A stretch of DNA of 32,000 bases from Candidatus Saccharimonadota bacterium (GTDB taxonomy: Archaea > Micrarchaeota > Micrarchaeia > Micrarchaeales > Micrarchaeaceae), in contig OY970071.1 in assembly GCA_963705375.1 (NCBI GenBank), positions 90,001-122,000 on the forward strand, given 5' to 3'. Positions within the stretch are counted from its first letter, which is position 1, and the number at the start of each line of letters is the position of its first letter. A program made the position numbers and the translations under genes. Below, piece by piece: positions 1-9,118 of the stretch. Under the pieces are notes generated by a model. It did no database searches. It saw only the letters and a program-made list of their open reading frames with translations, and had not been told where the DNA came from.

Positions 1-65
1 ATGCAAAACGCGCAATCTAGAGGTGCAATGGTTATAAGTTTTTCATTTCAATACTACATGATTCG

Positions 66-1919
66 ATGTCTATGAAACAATACGCAGTGCTGCTCACAGT
101 CGCGCTGGCGATAGTGGCTGCAGGTCTCTTGATCCTCTCTGATACGCTGCATACTGCAACATTCATTGTTCAACTTACTGATCCGCCGATAGTCCCTACA
201 GGCACACAGGCATTGCTTGTGGCGTATTCCGGCGTGGCGCTGCACACGGCAGGTGCTTCGAACTCGACAGGCTTCGTAAGCGTCCCTGCTTCTGGAGTTC
301 TTAACTTGATGAGCCTGACCAACATAACGCAGACAATTGCGATCCTGCACACAAAGATCAATGCGAGCTTCGACAGTGTGCGGCTTAACCTGACAAACGC
401 CAGCATCACAATAAGCAACGAAACCTATAACGTGACGCTACTCCAAAAAACCTTGCGGGTGCGGCTGCTCAACAGGACCAATAGCAGCACAGGTGGGGCT
501 GTTGTCGACCTGACCCCTACGATAATACAGATCTACACTGGCAACCAAACTCTGTTTGCTATGGCTCCATCCGTTAGGGCCGTTGCGATAGGTAAGGGCC
601 TGGTAAACGGGACGTCTGCGCGTATAGGCGCATCACAAAAGATCAGGAACGAAACCCTTGCCTTGATAGAGATGATAAGGCCCAATATAACAGTGACTGG
701 CGCTTACCTGAATGTCGCTGGCAACACAACACAATTCAATGTCACAGTTAGAAACAACGTAGGAAAGCCTGTAGAGCTTAATCACTTGGTCCTCTCCGGG
801 GCATTCGAGGCTCTGCTCAACTCAAGCGCATTAGACACAATCAACACTAGCGCCGTAGCTAGCGGCATAAATGCGGAGGATGTTGCAAGCGTTGCGCATG
901 CGATAGGCGTCCAGAGCATAACAGCAAATACTCTCAAAGAGATACGTGCCGAGATGGGCGGTGGTGCTTCTGGCGGTGCGTCTCCGGCTGTTACATCTAC
1001 TGTGCCTAAGATTGCACCTGCCATATCAATTGTGTCTGCAGTAGTGTCTGCCTACAACAACCATACATCTACATACGCAAATTCTAGGTTGTCCGCAACT
1101 GTAAACGCGATAGAGACTGAACTTCTGAATGCTACGGCATCAGGCGCACAGCAGACAATAGTTGGCTCTACCAGTTCGATCATCGGATCCAACATACTGT
1201 CGAACTCTGGAGGGATGAGTATTGCCTCCCAAGATGCACAGCACCTGCTCGGGACCGTTTCTGCAATAAGTACCCTGCTGGAAAACAGAAGCACGAACCT
1301 AACAGCATCTAACGCGCAGCAGATACTTGGCGCCATAGAGAACATAGGCACCATCTCGGCTGCAATGGCGACTAACGCCACGCAGGTCGAGAAGATCAGC
1401 GTTTTCGACACGATACTAAACATGACTGCGAACCCCGACGTCAGCGATAGCCAGCTGGCCGAGGTAACGGGCAGGCTCGCAAATATTACGGCACAAGTGC
1501 ACCTAACAAACACCACTCAGGCGTTGGCAATCGCAAGCAACCTCAACCTTACGCCGAGCGAGGCATCTACGACTGCACGGCTGCTTGTGCTCCATAACGA
1601 GCTTGCAGCGACAAGCATTTTCAGCAGAGAATATCATGGAGCGCTCAACTTCATCATAGCCGAGAACGGCACACTTTCATTGCCGTTCATGGTGCGGGCT
1701 GAGGGGCAGAAAGGCTATGCGCTTGCTGTCAATTCAAGTGTGACATTTGTGTTCAACGGCACGATGGCTTTTGGAACCCAGGCATCCGCCGCGCTTTCCA
1801 CAGAGCATCGGCCGATGCACCTTGGCACTACGGTGAGACCGATACCGAACGCCACATATGTGGTCAGAGTCACCGGAACGGATGGTGCGCTTGCTAGGAT
1901 GAATGTGACTGCAAGCTGA
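66..1919 (+). CDS. Secreted or N-terminally anchored surface glycoprotein candidate, possibly DUF4382-like at the N-terminus
   Basis: 617-aa ORF with N-terminal hydrophobic segment YAVLLTVALAIVAAGLLIL. I count about 31 N-x-S/T sequons. FIVQLTDPP...NLMSLTN...SVRLNLTNA resembles the start of DUF4382 beta-sandwich proteins (from memory, not searched). The central region is Ala/Ser/Thr/Asn-rich with repeated (T/S)ASxAQQ(T/I) units. Confidence 0.6.
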   Translation: MSMKQYAVLLTVALAIVAAGLLILSDTLHTATFIVQLTDPPIVPTGTQALLVAYSGVALHTAGASNSTGFVSVPASGVLNLMSLTNITQTIAILHTKINASFDSVRLNLTNASITISNETYNVTLLQKTLRVRLLNRTNSSTGGAVVDLTPTIIQIYTGNQTLFAMAPSVRAVAIGKGLVNGTSARIGASQKIRNETLALIEMIRPNITVTGAYLNVAGNTTQFNVTVRNNVGKPVELNHLVLSGAFEALLNSSALDTINTSAVASGINAEDVASVAHAIGVQSITANTLKEIRAEMGGGASGGASPAVTSTVPKIAPAISIVSAVVSAYNNHTSTYANSRLSATVNAIETELLNATASGAQQTIVGSTSSIIGSNILSNSGGMSIASQDAQHLLGTVSAISTLLENRSTNLTASNAQQILGAIENIGTISAAMATNATQVEKISVFDTILNMTANPDVSDSQLAEVTGRLANITAQVHLTNTTQALAIASNLNLTPSEASTTARLLVLHNELAATSIFSREYHGALNFIIAENGTLSLPFMVRAEGQKGYALAVNSSVTFVFNGTMAFGTQASAALSTEHRPMHLGTTVRPIPNATYVVRVTGTDGALARMNVTAS

Positions 1920-1970
1920 GGCCTTACGGCGCGGGCGCTGTGCTTCCAAATCTTCCGACGCGCGCCAGCA

Positions 1971-2693
1971 CTATCTGCTGCTTGCAAGCCCTTTAAGCAG
2001 CCGCGCATTTCCAAGCATGTCATGGTCGTTGTTGAAGAACACAAACGCGCTTCTCGGTTTCGCCTTTTTTATAGTACCGTATATTTCTGAGAGTTCCTGC
2101 ATTGAGTAATCGTGGCTGTACCAACTGCCTCTTCCGTGCATCCTAAGATAAACGTTCTGTGATGTTCTGACTATGCATTTTGCGAATGGCGCATCGACAC
2201 TGACCAGCGTTATTCCTAGCTTTTTGCATTCGGCGCATACGCCTTCTGTAAACCATTCAGTGTTCCTCGGTTCCAACGCGAACCTTTCTGCGATACCGAA
2301 CTCGCCAAGGAATTTCTCTACATTTTCGAGCATCGATGGTTTCAGCAACGGAGGCAGCTGGAACAGGAAGTATCTTATCCTGTCGTCGAGAGGCTCAAAC
2401 AGCTTCAGGAACTTTCCGAATGTGCGATAGCAGTTCTTACTCAGCTTGTATTGGTGGGTTATAAGGCGGTTGACTTTAATTGCCCATGAGAGCTCCTTTC
2501 CCGTCTGGGCCCAGTGCTTTACCTGGTTCGGGAACGGGAACCTGTAGAAACTGGCATTTAGCTCTATGGCGTTCAAGCCAGAATTTTCTACATACCAGTC
2601 CAGGCTGCCGCCTTCGTTCCAGTCGTACATCCAACCTGACGTGCCCACTAAAAACTTCACACGGTTATCTGGATCAGAGTGCATACTTCTCAT
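1971..2693 (-). CDS. DUF72 (UPF0759) family protein
   Basis: KFLVGTSGWMYDW near the N-terminus, plus ELNASFYRFP, FQLPP, ALEPRN and YLRMHG motifs typical of DUF72. The track ORF starts at 2741, but ATGs at 2693 or 2684 give the usual short lead-in. It overlaps the 3' end of the upstream DRG gene. Confidence 0.75.
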   Translation of the reverse strand: MRSMHSDPDNRVKFLVGTSGWMYDWNEGGSLDWYVENSGLNAIELNASFYRFPFPNQVKHWAQTGKELSWAIKVNRLITHQYKLSKNCYRTFGKFLKLFEPLDDRIRYFLFQLPPLLKPSMLENVEKFLGEFGIAERFALEPRNTEWFTEGVCAECKKLGITLVSVDAPFAKCIVRTSQNVYLRMHGRGSWYSHDYSMQELSEIYGTIKKAKPRSAFVFFNNDHDMLGNARLLKGLASSR

Positions 2694-3795
2694 ACACAAG
2701 CGTGACAATGTCTCCGTCCTTGAGGATGTGCTCTCCACCAACTTTCTGGTTCCTGAACTTGGCGCTCTCGCCTGTCACATAGGCATACTTGAGATCCTTC
2801 GCCATTTTAGAATGCAGGCCTTTTGCAAGGTCCAAGACCGTGCTGTCCTGTCTGAGCACGAATGGTTTGGAGAAATCCGCATCAGCGTCTCTCGGCTTGA
2901 GGTATATCCTTATTATGCCAAGATTATCAAAGATCTCTGCCTTTAGCTTTTCAAGGTTCGTCCCTTCAGCCACACTTATTGGGATCACTTTCATCTTCAG
3001 CGTCGATTCAAGGTCTTTTTTGACCTGCTCTGCCTTTGTGTTGCTGACCAGATCTATCTTGTTGAGTGCGATGATCCCGCGAACATAGACTGCTCTTTCG
3101 ACCAGCAGCGCAATCAGGTCCTCCACAGATATGTCGTCATAGAATACGATCTTGCCGTTATAAATTCCTAGCTCCTTTAGCACGATCCTTATGTCCCCGA
3201 TGCCTGGGACCTTATGGCCATTAGGCTCCACGTACAGTCCTCCAGAACTTTTCTCATCGATCGTAACGCGCGGCTTCTCCTTGTTTACCTTTATGTTGAG
3301 TAGCGAGAGCTCCTCGAGAAGTTTGTGTATCTGGTCGGGCACTGTTACGTCAAGCACAAATAGAAGCACGTCAGCAATCCTTATGACGCTCGCGATCTGC
3401 GTTCCAGCACCCTTGCCTATGTGCGCCCCCTCTATGAGTCCCGGAACGTCAAGCATCTGTATCCGCGCTCCATTGTACTCGAGCATGCCGGGTATGACAT
3501 CAACTGTGGTGAAAGCATACCCTGCAACTTTTGAGTCTGCACTGGTGAATTTGTTGATCAATGACGATTTGCCTGCGCACGGAAATCCTACAAGCACTAC
3601 AGTCGCATTTCCTGACTTCCTGACTCCGAATCCCGTCCCTTTTTTGCTCTTTTTTTCTGCAAGCGAATGTCTGATCTTTGCCATCTTGGCGCGAAGCATG
3701 CCGACATATTTGTTCGTGGCCTTGTTGTCCTTGGTCTTGGCGTACTCTTTTTGTAGCTCCTCCAACTCCTTTTGTAGAGCCAGCTTGTCTGCCAT
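2674..3795 (-). CDS. DRG/Rbg-type Obg-superfamily GTPase with C-terminal TGS domain
   Basis: G1 GFPCAGKSS, G3 DVPGLIEGA, G4 NKID, and a C-terminal TGS-like KDGDIVTLVYEK. The helical N-terminus matches archaeal/eukaryotic DRG proteins. Confidence 0.85.
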   Translation of the reverse strand: MADKLALQKELEELQKEYAKTKDNKATNKYVGMLRAKMAKIRHSLAEKKSKKGTGFGVRKSGNATVVLVGFPCAGKSSLINKFTSADSKVAGYAFTTVDVIPGMLEYNGARIQMLDVPGLIEGAHIGKGAGTQIASVIRIADVLLFVLDVTVPDQIHKLLEELSLLNIKVNKEKPRVTIDEKSSGGLYVEPNGHKVPGIGDIRIVLKELGIYNGKIVFYDDISVEDLIALLVERAVYVRGIIALNKIDLVSNTKAEQVKKDLESTLKMKVIPISVAEGTNLEKLKAEIFDNLGIIRIYLKPRDADADFSKPFVLRQDSTVLDLAKGLHSKMAKDLKYAYVTGESAKFRNQKVGGEHILKDGDIVTLVYEKYAL

Positions 3796-3887
3796 GCATG
3801 TATTGAGGTTCGAACGTTTATAAATATAGAAGAATGGTCGAGATTGTCAGAAGTCTCTGCAAGTTCAGTGCAGCACGTTCTATCTTC

Positions 3888-4478
3888 TTACTGCATTAGT
3901 GTTGGCATTGTCCTTTTGCCTATGCCCATTATCCTGTTGTTTTCGAAGTCTATGGTTGTCGCAGAAGCTGTGGCTATCTTGATGTCGTCATCGTAGTCGT
4001 CATACCTATTGTCTATCATCCCGATCGCAGCAACAATGAAGTCATGGTGCGTTATTGCAACCGTTACGCCGTCACCTACGCCATCAACAAAGCTTTTTAC
4101 CCTGCCTTGCAGCTCGTCCCACGTTTCAACACCTTTCTTAGATCCTGACTTTATGTCTTCGGCAACCGCATTGTTCTCGTCTTCTCTTGAGCCGAAGCTC
4201 GCGCCGTTTAACGTGCCCATGCGCCTTTCCATCAGTCTTTCGTCGACTATTGGCGTTACTTTGCCGCATTTTTCGCTTATTATCTGTGCCGTCTGCAGTG
4301 CCCGCAATATTGGGCTGGTATAAAAACCGCTGATCCTTATGTTGCAGATCTTTTCTGCAAGGTGCTCTGCCTGTGATCTTCCCGTGTCGGTCAAGGGGTA
4401 ACCATCAATGTCTGAAGTTAGCGTGTGCGTCACGTTGGCAACGCTCTCTCCGTGTCTTATCAGAATTATGGCCTTCAT
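3888..4478 (-). CDS. Histidine phosphatase (phosphoglycerate mutase-like) family protein
   Basis: LIRHGES catalytic RHG motif right after the start, and a second His motif VAITHHDF. SD-like GAGGAT lies a few nt upstream of ATG 4478; the track ORF begins at 4505. Confidence 0.8.
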   Translation of the reverse strand: MKAIILIRHGESVANVTHTLTSDIDGYPLTDTGRSQAEHLAEKICNIRISGFYTSPILRALQTAQIISEKCGKVTPIVDERLMERRMGTLNGASFGSREDENNAVAEDIKSGSKKGVETWDELQGRVKSFVDGVGDGVTVAITHHDFIVAAIGMIDNRYDDYDDDIKIATASATTIDFENNRIMGIGKRTMPTLMQ

Positions 4479-4548
4479 CCAAATCCTCGATCGTTGTTTT
4501 AACAAACATTACGGCTTCTTTTTGCGCTAACTCCTGTTAGGTGCTTCG

Positions 4549-5412
4549 TCATTGAAGAGACAAGGCAACTATGCCAAGTGCTATCAGGGCTATGCCCAGC
4601 ATCTGTGTATTTTCAGGCCTCTCCTTTAAATACCATATGCCGAACAGAACTGGAAGTATTACGGATGCCGACGCAACCGGTGCAACTATTGCAGTAAAAT
4701 TAAGACTGACTCCCAGATTGTACACCATGCCTGCGATCAGATTTGCCAAAGATCCGATGAAAAGCAAAGCGTAGCCTTGCTTGCTGAACGAAGCCGACTT
4801 TGTTCTCTTAAATGACCCGTAAACGAAAATAAATGCAAGCGTAATCGCATTCAACAGGAAGAATGCGTCAAACCAGCCGATTCTGCGTACTAGTATGGTG
4901 TTCAAGAAGAAATACGCGCCCCACCCTATCATTGTTATCAACGCATATTTTGTATCTTCGTTAATTTTCCTAAGCGCGATTTTGCTGTTTTTCTTGTGCT
5001 TGTACGCGACCAATACGACTCCGATTACTATCAATAAGATCTCAATGATGCTCGACGTGTTTGGGTGTTCATTTAGGAATACGATGCTCAATATTACTGT
5101 TATCGCACTCCATCCATTCGCGATTGAAGCCACTGAAGATACATTTCCTACCTCAAACCCTTTTGCAAATGCGACAAAGGCCACGAATGATATCGTGCCC
5201 ATTGCAAATGCCAATAGTATGTCGTATGCGTTTATGTTTTTTGAGCTGAAAAAGAAGAATGCAGGCACCACTGACAGCGCGGTGATCATCAGGAACAACA
5301 TCAGCGAAGCCCTTACATACCCGTATTTCTTGGATGCGAAGGCCAACACTGTGTTGTCCAGTCCATAGCCGAGCAGTGCAGCTACACCAAAAAGTATTCC
5401 TGAAAAATACAT
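4549..5412 (-). CDS. EamA/DMT-superfamily transporter
   Basis: About 10 hydrophobic helices in a two-fold arrangement. TATA-like TTTATAAG (complement of 5434-5441) is centred about 26 nt upstream of ATG 5412, suggesting a leaderless start. The track ORF extends to a TTG at 5487. Confidence 0.65.
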   Translation of the reverse strand: MYFSGILFGVAALLGYGLDNTVLAFASKKYGYVRASLMLFLMITALSVVPAFFFFSSKNINAYDILLAFAMGTISFVAFVAFAKGFEVGNVSSVASIANGWSAITVILSIVFLNEHPNTSSIIEILLIVIGVVLVAYKHKKNSKIALRKINEDTKYALITMIGWGAYFFLNTILVRRIGWFDAFFLLNAITLAFIFVYGSFKRTKSASFSKQGYALLFIGSLANLIAGMVYNLGVSLNFTAIVAPVASASVILPVLFGIWYLKERPENTQMLGIALIALGIVALSLQ

Positions 5413-5584
5413 GCTCGTATTGTTGTTGCAAGGCTTATAAACACAGAAGAATTCTCCAAACGAATTAGACATGCGGTCAAAATGCAAACTCTAAAACGCA
5501 TTCTCTTTTGAAAGAATCAAAAACAGTATTGGCTTGGCATTACAAAAGGATTAAAATCTTAGTTGACAATGACGCACGATCATT

Positions 5585-6196
5585 ATGGCAAAGAAAGTGA
5601 ATCCTGCAACGTATTTGTTCCTGCTCGCGATGGCATTGCCAGTAATTATGTTCTTGTTCATCAATGTGGGTATTAACAGTGCGTTTAGCCTTCTAAGTAT
5701 TGATCGGCAGGTTTCTGTTTCATCCTCTTTATATTTTATCGCTCTTGGGTTTAGCTTCGCAGCCTTCTTACTTTCGGTCTTCCTGCGCAAACGCTTATTC
5801 ATCAAAGGTGAGATTCCTGCAAATATCGCTGTGTTCTTAGGAGAGCTATTGATTTTCCCGTTTCTTCTCGTCTTTCCGCCTTCTTATCTGGGAAACAGCG
5901 CCAATGTCCTTGTGAGTCTGGATGTCGGCATAATCATTACAGCGAGCATAACGGTCATTATTGTGTCTGTGTTTAAGCCAAAAGAGTTTCCAGTGAAAGA
6001 TGCATTCTCCATTTATTTTGCCGCTGTAGGTTTCACTATATTCGTGGCGATCTGGTCCATACTGGCTTTCGCCTATTCTGATTACCTTGCTGCTGCACTG
6101 AGCCACTTTGCAGCATTCACTCTGTTCGTGTCCACGATCTATACCTTCCAACTGGCTGCTTATAGGGATAAGATCAACATACGCGAGGTTATGTGA
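5585..6196 (+). CDS. Polytopic membrane protein of unknown function (about 6 TM)
   Basis: 203-aa ORF that is almost entirely hydrophobic helices. No family motif recognised. Confidence 0.5.
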   Translation: MAKKVNPATYLFLLAMALPVIMFLFINVGINSAFSLLSIDRQVSVSSSLYFIALGFSFAAFLLSVFLRKRLFIKGEIPANIAVFLGELLIFPFLLVFPPSYLGNSANVLVSLDVGIIITASITVIIVSVFKPKEFPVKDAFSIYFAAVGFTIFVAIWSILAFAYSDYLAAALSHFAAFTLFVSTIYTFQLAAYRDKINIREVM

Positions 6197-6365
6197 TAAA
6201 ATGCCGGCAGCTTTTGCGGATGCGGCGGTTTAATAGTATGTGCGCATTTGATGCACAAACAGATTACTCTCAAGTCGCTTGATTATGTGTTACAAGAGCT
6301 TCTACTCTTTAAAGTATTTTTTATTTTTAAGGCCATTATTTATACTTTTTACATCTTATAGTATC

Positions 6366-6911
6366 GTGACAGAAGAATTGGTGGATATCCTAGACGAGAA
6401 TGGCAAGGAAGTAGACATCATCAAGACCAAGAGCGAAGCGCACTCTCAAGGCTTGTGGCATGGTGCCATACACATATGGATCTACAACTCAAAAGGGGAA
6501 ATACTGCTTCAGAAGCGTTCAATGGCAAAGAGCACTATGCCTGGCCTGTGGGATATCTCTGTTGCCGGACATTTATCTGCAGGAGAGCGCCCCAAAAATG
6601 CGGCATTGCGGGAATTGCACGAAGAACTTGGAGTCCGGGCAAAACCTGAAGAGCTAAAGGAAGTGGCGAGTCTCAGAGTGGACTTCAGCGATTCGAAGCA
6701 GAATTACCATAACAAAGAGTTTGTTCACATCTACCTGTACAAGCTTGACTCGCTTCCATCAAAGCTCCAGGAAGAGGAAGTGGCCGAAGTCAAATTTGTC
6801 ACTATCGACAAGTTCGAGAAAGAGCTCGCGGACCCAAAGACTGTTGGGAAGTATGCTCCTTGGGATTATTCTGACACGCTAAAAATAGTCAGGAAGTCGA
6901 TCAAAGCATAG
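6366..6911 (+). CDS. Nudix hydrolase (IDI-like / COG1443-type layout)
   Basis: Nudix box GHLSAGERPKNAALRELHEELGV. The first 29 codons of the track ORF (6279-6365) are AT-rich promoter-like sequence. GTG 6366 (VTEELVDILDENG) matches the typical N-terminus. Confidence 0.8.
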   Translation: MTEELVDILDENGKEVDIIKTKSEAHSQGLWHGAIHIWIYNSKGEILLQKRSMAKSTMPGLWDISVAGHLSAGERPKNAALRELHEELGVRAKPEELKEVASLRVDFSDSKQNYHNKEFVHIYLYKLDSLPSKLQEEEVAEVKFVTIDKFEKELADPKTVGKYAPWDYSDTLKIVRKSIKA

Positions 6912-6959
6912 CAGCATATTCGATGCTAAATCTGGCTTGGTCTTTACATAGGTGGCAGA

Positions 6960-7235
6960 CTATTCCAGCCGCTTGATTATGTGGTAGCCAAACTGGGTCT
7001 TCACGATGCCGGATACCTGGCCTTTCTGCAACGCGAACGCCGCTTTCTCGAACTCCCTTACCATAACTCCGTGGCCAAAGACTCCCAGGTCTCCTCCGCG
7101 CTTTCCAGAACCGTCAAGAGAGTATTCCATTGCCAGCTTGCTGAAGCTCTCGCCCTTTGCCAGCTTGTCAAGCACCTCCTTCGCCTTCTCTTCGCTCTTG
7201 ACCAGTATGTGTGCGCATCTTATCTTGTCTGCCAT
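6960..7235 (-). CDS. Single-domain parvulin-type peptidyl-prolyl cis-trans isomerase
   Basis: KIRCAHILV...[23 protein letters not shown]...[16 protein letters not shown] is the PpiC/parvulin signature. Size and N-terminus resemble the thaumarchaeal single-domain parvulins (PinA/NmPin). ATG 7235 is preferred over 7253. Confidence 0.85.
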   Translation of the reverse strand: MADKIRCAHILVKSEEKAKEVLDKLAKGESFSKLAMEYSLDGSGKRGGDLGVFGHGVMVREFEKAAFALQKGQVSGIVKTQFGYHIIKRLE

Positions 7236-7321
7236 ATAACCACTGCGTGCCATTCATGTGCAAATAAGCTTAATAGCATAACGTTTGTAATGCTGGTACT
7301 GCAGGAGTGGGACGTGAGAGT

Positions 7322-7864
7322 ATGGCAGATACAAAGGTCATTGTCTTTGGCGGCGGATGCTTCTGGTGCACAGAAGCCGTCTTTGCAATGCTAAAAGGGG
7401 TGGTAAAGACCACCGCTGGCTATGCGGGAGGGAATACGAGCAATCCTACCTATGAGGAAGTGTCTCACTTTGATACTGGGCATGCAGAGGTGCTAAAGAT
7501 CGAGTACGACCCAGAAATAATATCCATCAGCACGCTTTTGGATGTCTTTTTCGAGATGCACGACCCGACATCTCTGAATAGGCAAGGTGCTGACGTCGGC
7601 ACCCAATACAGGTCTGCGATATTCTACACCACAACCGAAGACAAGGATATCATCTCTCGTTTTATTGAGAAATCAAAAACCAGATTCGATAAGCCGATAG
7701 TCACAGAAGTAAAGCGTCTTGATAGGTTCTACACTGCAGAAGAATACCATCAAAGATACTATGAGAAGAACACCGAGCAGCCATACTGCACGTTCGTGAT
7801 AACTCCAAAGATAAAGAAGATAATGAAGGAGTTTGCTGCTAAAATAAAGCAGCCTGACAAATAG
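7322..7864 (+). CDS. msrA: Peptide methionine sulfoxide reductase A
   Basis: GGGCFWC active-site motif at the N-terminus, plus GHAEV, YRSAIFY and EEYHQRY. ATG 7322 is preferred over the track GTG 7307. Confidence 0.9.
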   Translation: MADTKVIVFGGGCFWCTEAVFAMLKGVVKTTAGYAGGNTSNPTYEEVSHFDTGHAEVLKIEYDPEIISISTLLDVFFEMHDPTSLNRQGADVGTQYRSAIFYTTTEDKDIISRFIEKSKTRFDKPIVTEVKRLDRFYTAEEYHQRYYEKNTEQPYCTFVITPKIKKIMKEFAAKIKQPDK

Positions 7865-7899
7865 CAGATACTTTTACATGTCTGATATCGTGCCTAGAC

Positions 7900-8241
7900 T
7901 TACTCCATCCTGTAAACGCTGCCTTTTGGAGGTGCAGGAACCCTCAGCTTGATTCCGACTGAATCGCCTGCAGAGGCTTCCTGTACGTCCTTTCCGTCAA
8001 TCTGCATGCTCGACACTCTTTGACGGACTGCATACTCATCGTTCTCTATCTCTATTACATCTCCTACTTTCAGACTCCCCCTCAGACTTATGGCTACAAC
8101 GCTTATCTTGTCGAAGAAGCGTTCAACGCTGCCTATTGAGATTCTTCTCTGCTCTGGTTGGCCCTGTTCATGTCCCTCCTTTGCCCGCCTCTCGGCATCG
8201 CGTTCCTCCAAGTCCTTCATCACTTCATCGATATCGTCCAT
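7900..8241 (-). CDS. Small protein with a translation-factor domain-II-like beta barrel and an acidic/basic N-terminal tail
   Basis: SLKVGDVIEI...VSSMQIDGKDVQEASAGDSVGIKL matches the G-x-V...SI/M...V-x-EA-x-AGD-x-VGI-x-L pattern of EF-Tu domain 2-like barrels. The assignment is tentative. Confidence 0.4.
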   Translation of the reverse strand: MDDIDEVMKDLEERDAERRAKEGHEQGQPEQRRISIGSVERFFDKISVVAISLRGSLKVGDVIEIENDEYAVRQRVSSMQIDGKDVQEASAGDSVGIKLRVPAPPKGSVYRME

Positions 8242-8497
8242 ATACCCACTTGATATTTCATTAGCATGAATGTTTACGTTCAGTCATTTCATCATAGAAA
8301 GCTTCCTTGAAATCACCGGGCTCGTCTTCAATAGCATAGAATCGCTTTATACTTCAAAACAAACGTTTAATTCATTTTCGTGCAGCAAGCGTGGACCGTA
8401 TAGAGTTGGAAAGAAAATTATTGATAACCTATTTATTATTATTTAGAATATACTGCTTGAGAATTTCGAAGTGTTACTTCGGATTCTTGGCCTTAAA

Positions 8498-9067
8498 ATG
8501 GAAACTGGAAACATAGTTGGAAATATAGTTCCGACAAAAGTGTTCTTCACTAAAGGAGTCGGAAGATCGGTGCGAGAGCTTGAGGCTTTCGAGTCGGCGT
8601 TGAGAGATGCGGGGATATCGCAATGCAACCTTGTCCGCGTTTCTAGCATAATACCTCCAAACTGCGAGGTCATACCAAAGGATAAGGGCATAGCGCTGCT
8701 GAAACCTGGAGGAATAACCTTCCTTGTGCTTGCAAGAATACAGTCTGACGAACCAAATAGGCTGATGTCTTCAAGCGTAGGCCTTGCCATTCCTAAGGAT
8801 TCAAACTCATACGGTTATCTGAGCGAGTACGAGGACTATGGCGAAAGCGATGAAGTGGCCGGAGAGAAGTCAGAAGACCTGGCAGCCACAATGCTTGCAT
8901 CTGCATTGGGAATCCAATTCGATGTTGATCAGAGCTGGGACGAGAAAGAGCAAGAGTTCAAAATGAGTGGAAAGATCGTAAAGACCTCCAACATCACCCA
9001 GTCTGCCGTAGTCGGGAAAGACGGGCATTGGACTTGTGCTGTCGCTGCGGCCGTTTTCATCCTCTGA
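8498..9067 (+). CDS. pdaD: Pyruvoyl-dependent arginine decarboxylase
   Basis: IVPTKVFFTKGVG...NLVRVSSIIPP contains the Ser-Ser self-cleavage site (nt 8642-8647) typical of PdaD. ATG 8498 is preferred over the track GTG 8471. Confidence 0.85.
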   Translation: METGNIVGNIVPTKVFFTKGVGRSVRELEAFESALRDAGISQCNLVRVSSIIPPNCEVIPKDKGIALLKPGGITFLVLARIQSDEPNRLMSSSVGLAIPKDSNSYGYLSEYEDYGESDEVAGEKSEDLAATMLASALGIQFDVDQSWDEKEQEFKMSGKIVKTSNITQSAVVGKDGHWTCAVAAAVFIL

Positions 9068-9118
9068 CAGGCTTCGCTTTCTTGAGTTTCGCCTCAATGC
9101 GCGCGCGCATTGAGGTCT

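Noticed and set aside
3806-3817. GGTTCGAAC resembling a tRNA T-loop
   Set aside because: The flanking bases cannot form a T-stem (TGAGG versus GTTTA), and no acceptor or anticodon arms exist. The region is the TATA-containing promoter of the DRG gene.
8277-8296. C/D-box sRNA-like AUGAUGA...CUGA on the minus strand
   Set aside because: The CUGA lies only 5 nt after the C box, there is no terminal D box or terminal stem, and the sequence sits in the short leader of 7900..8241.
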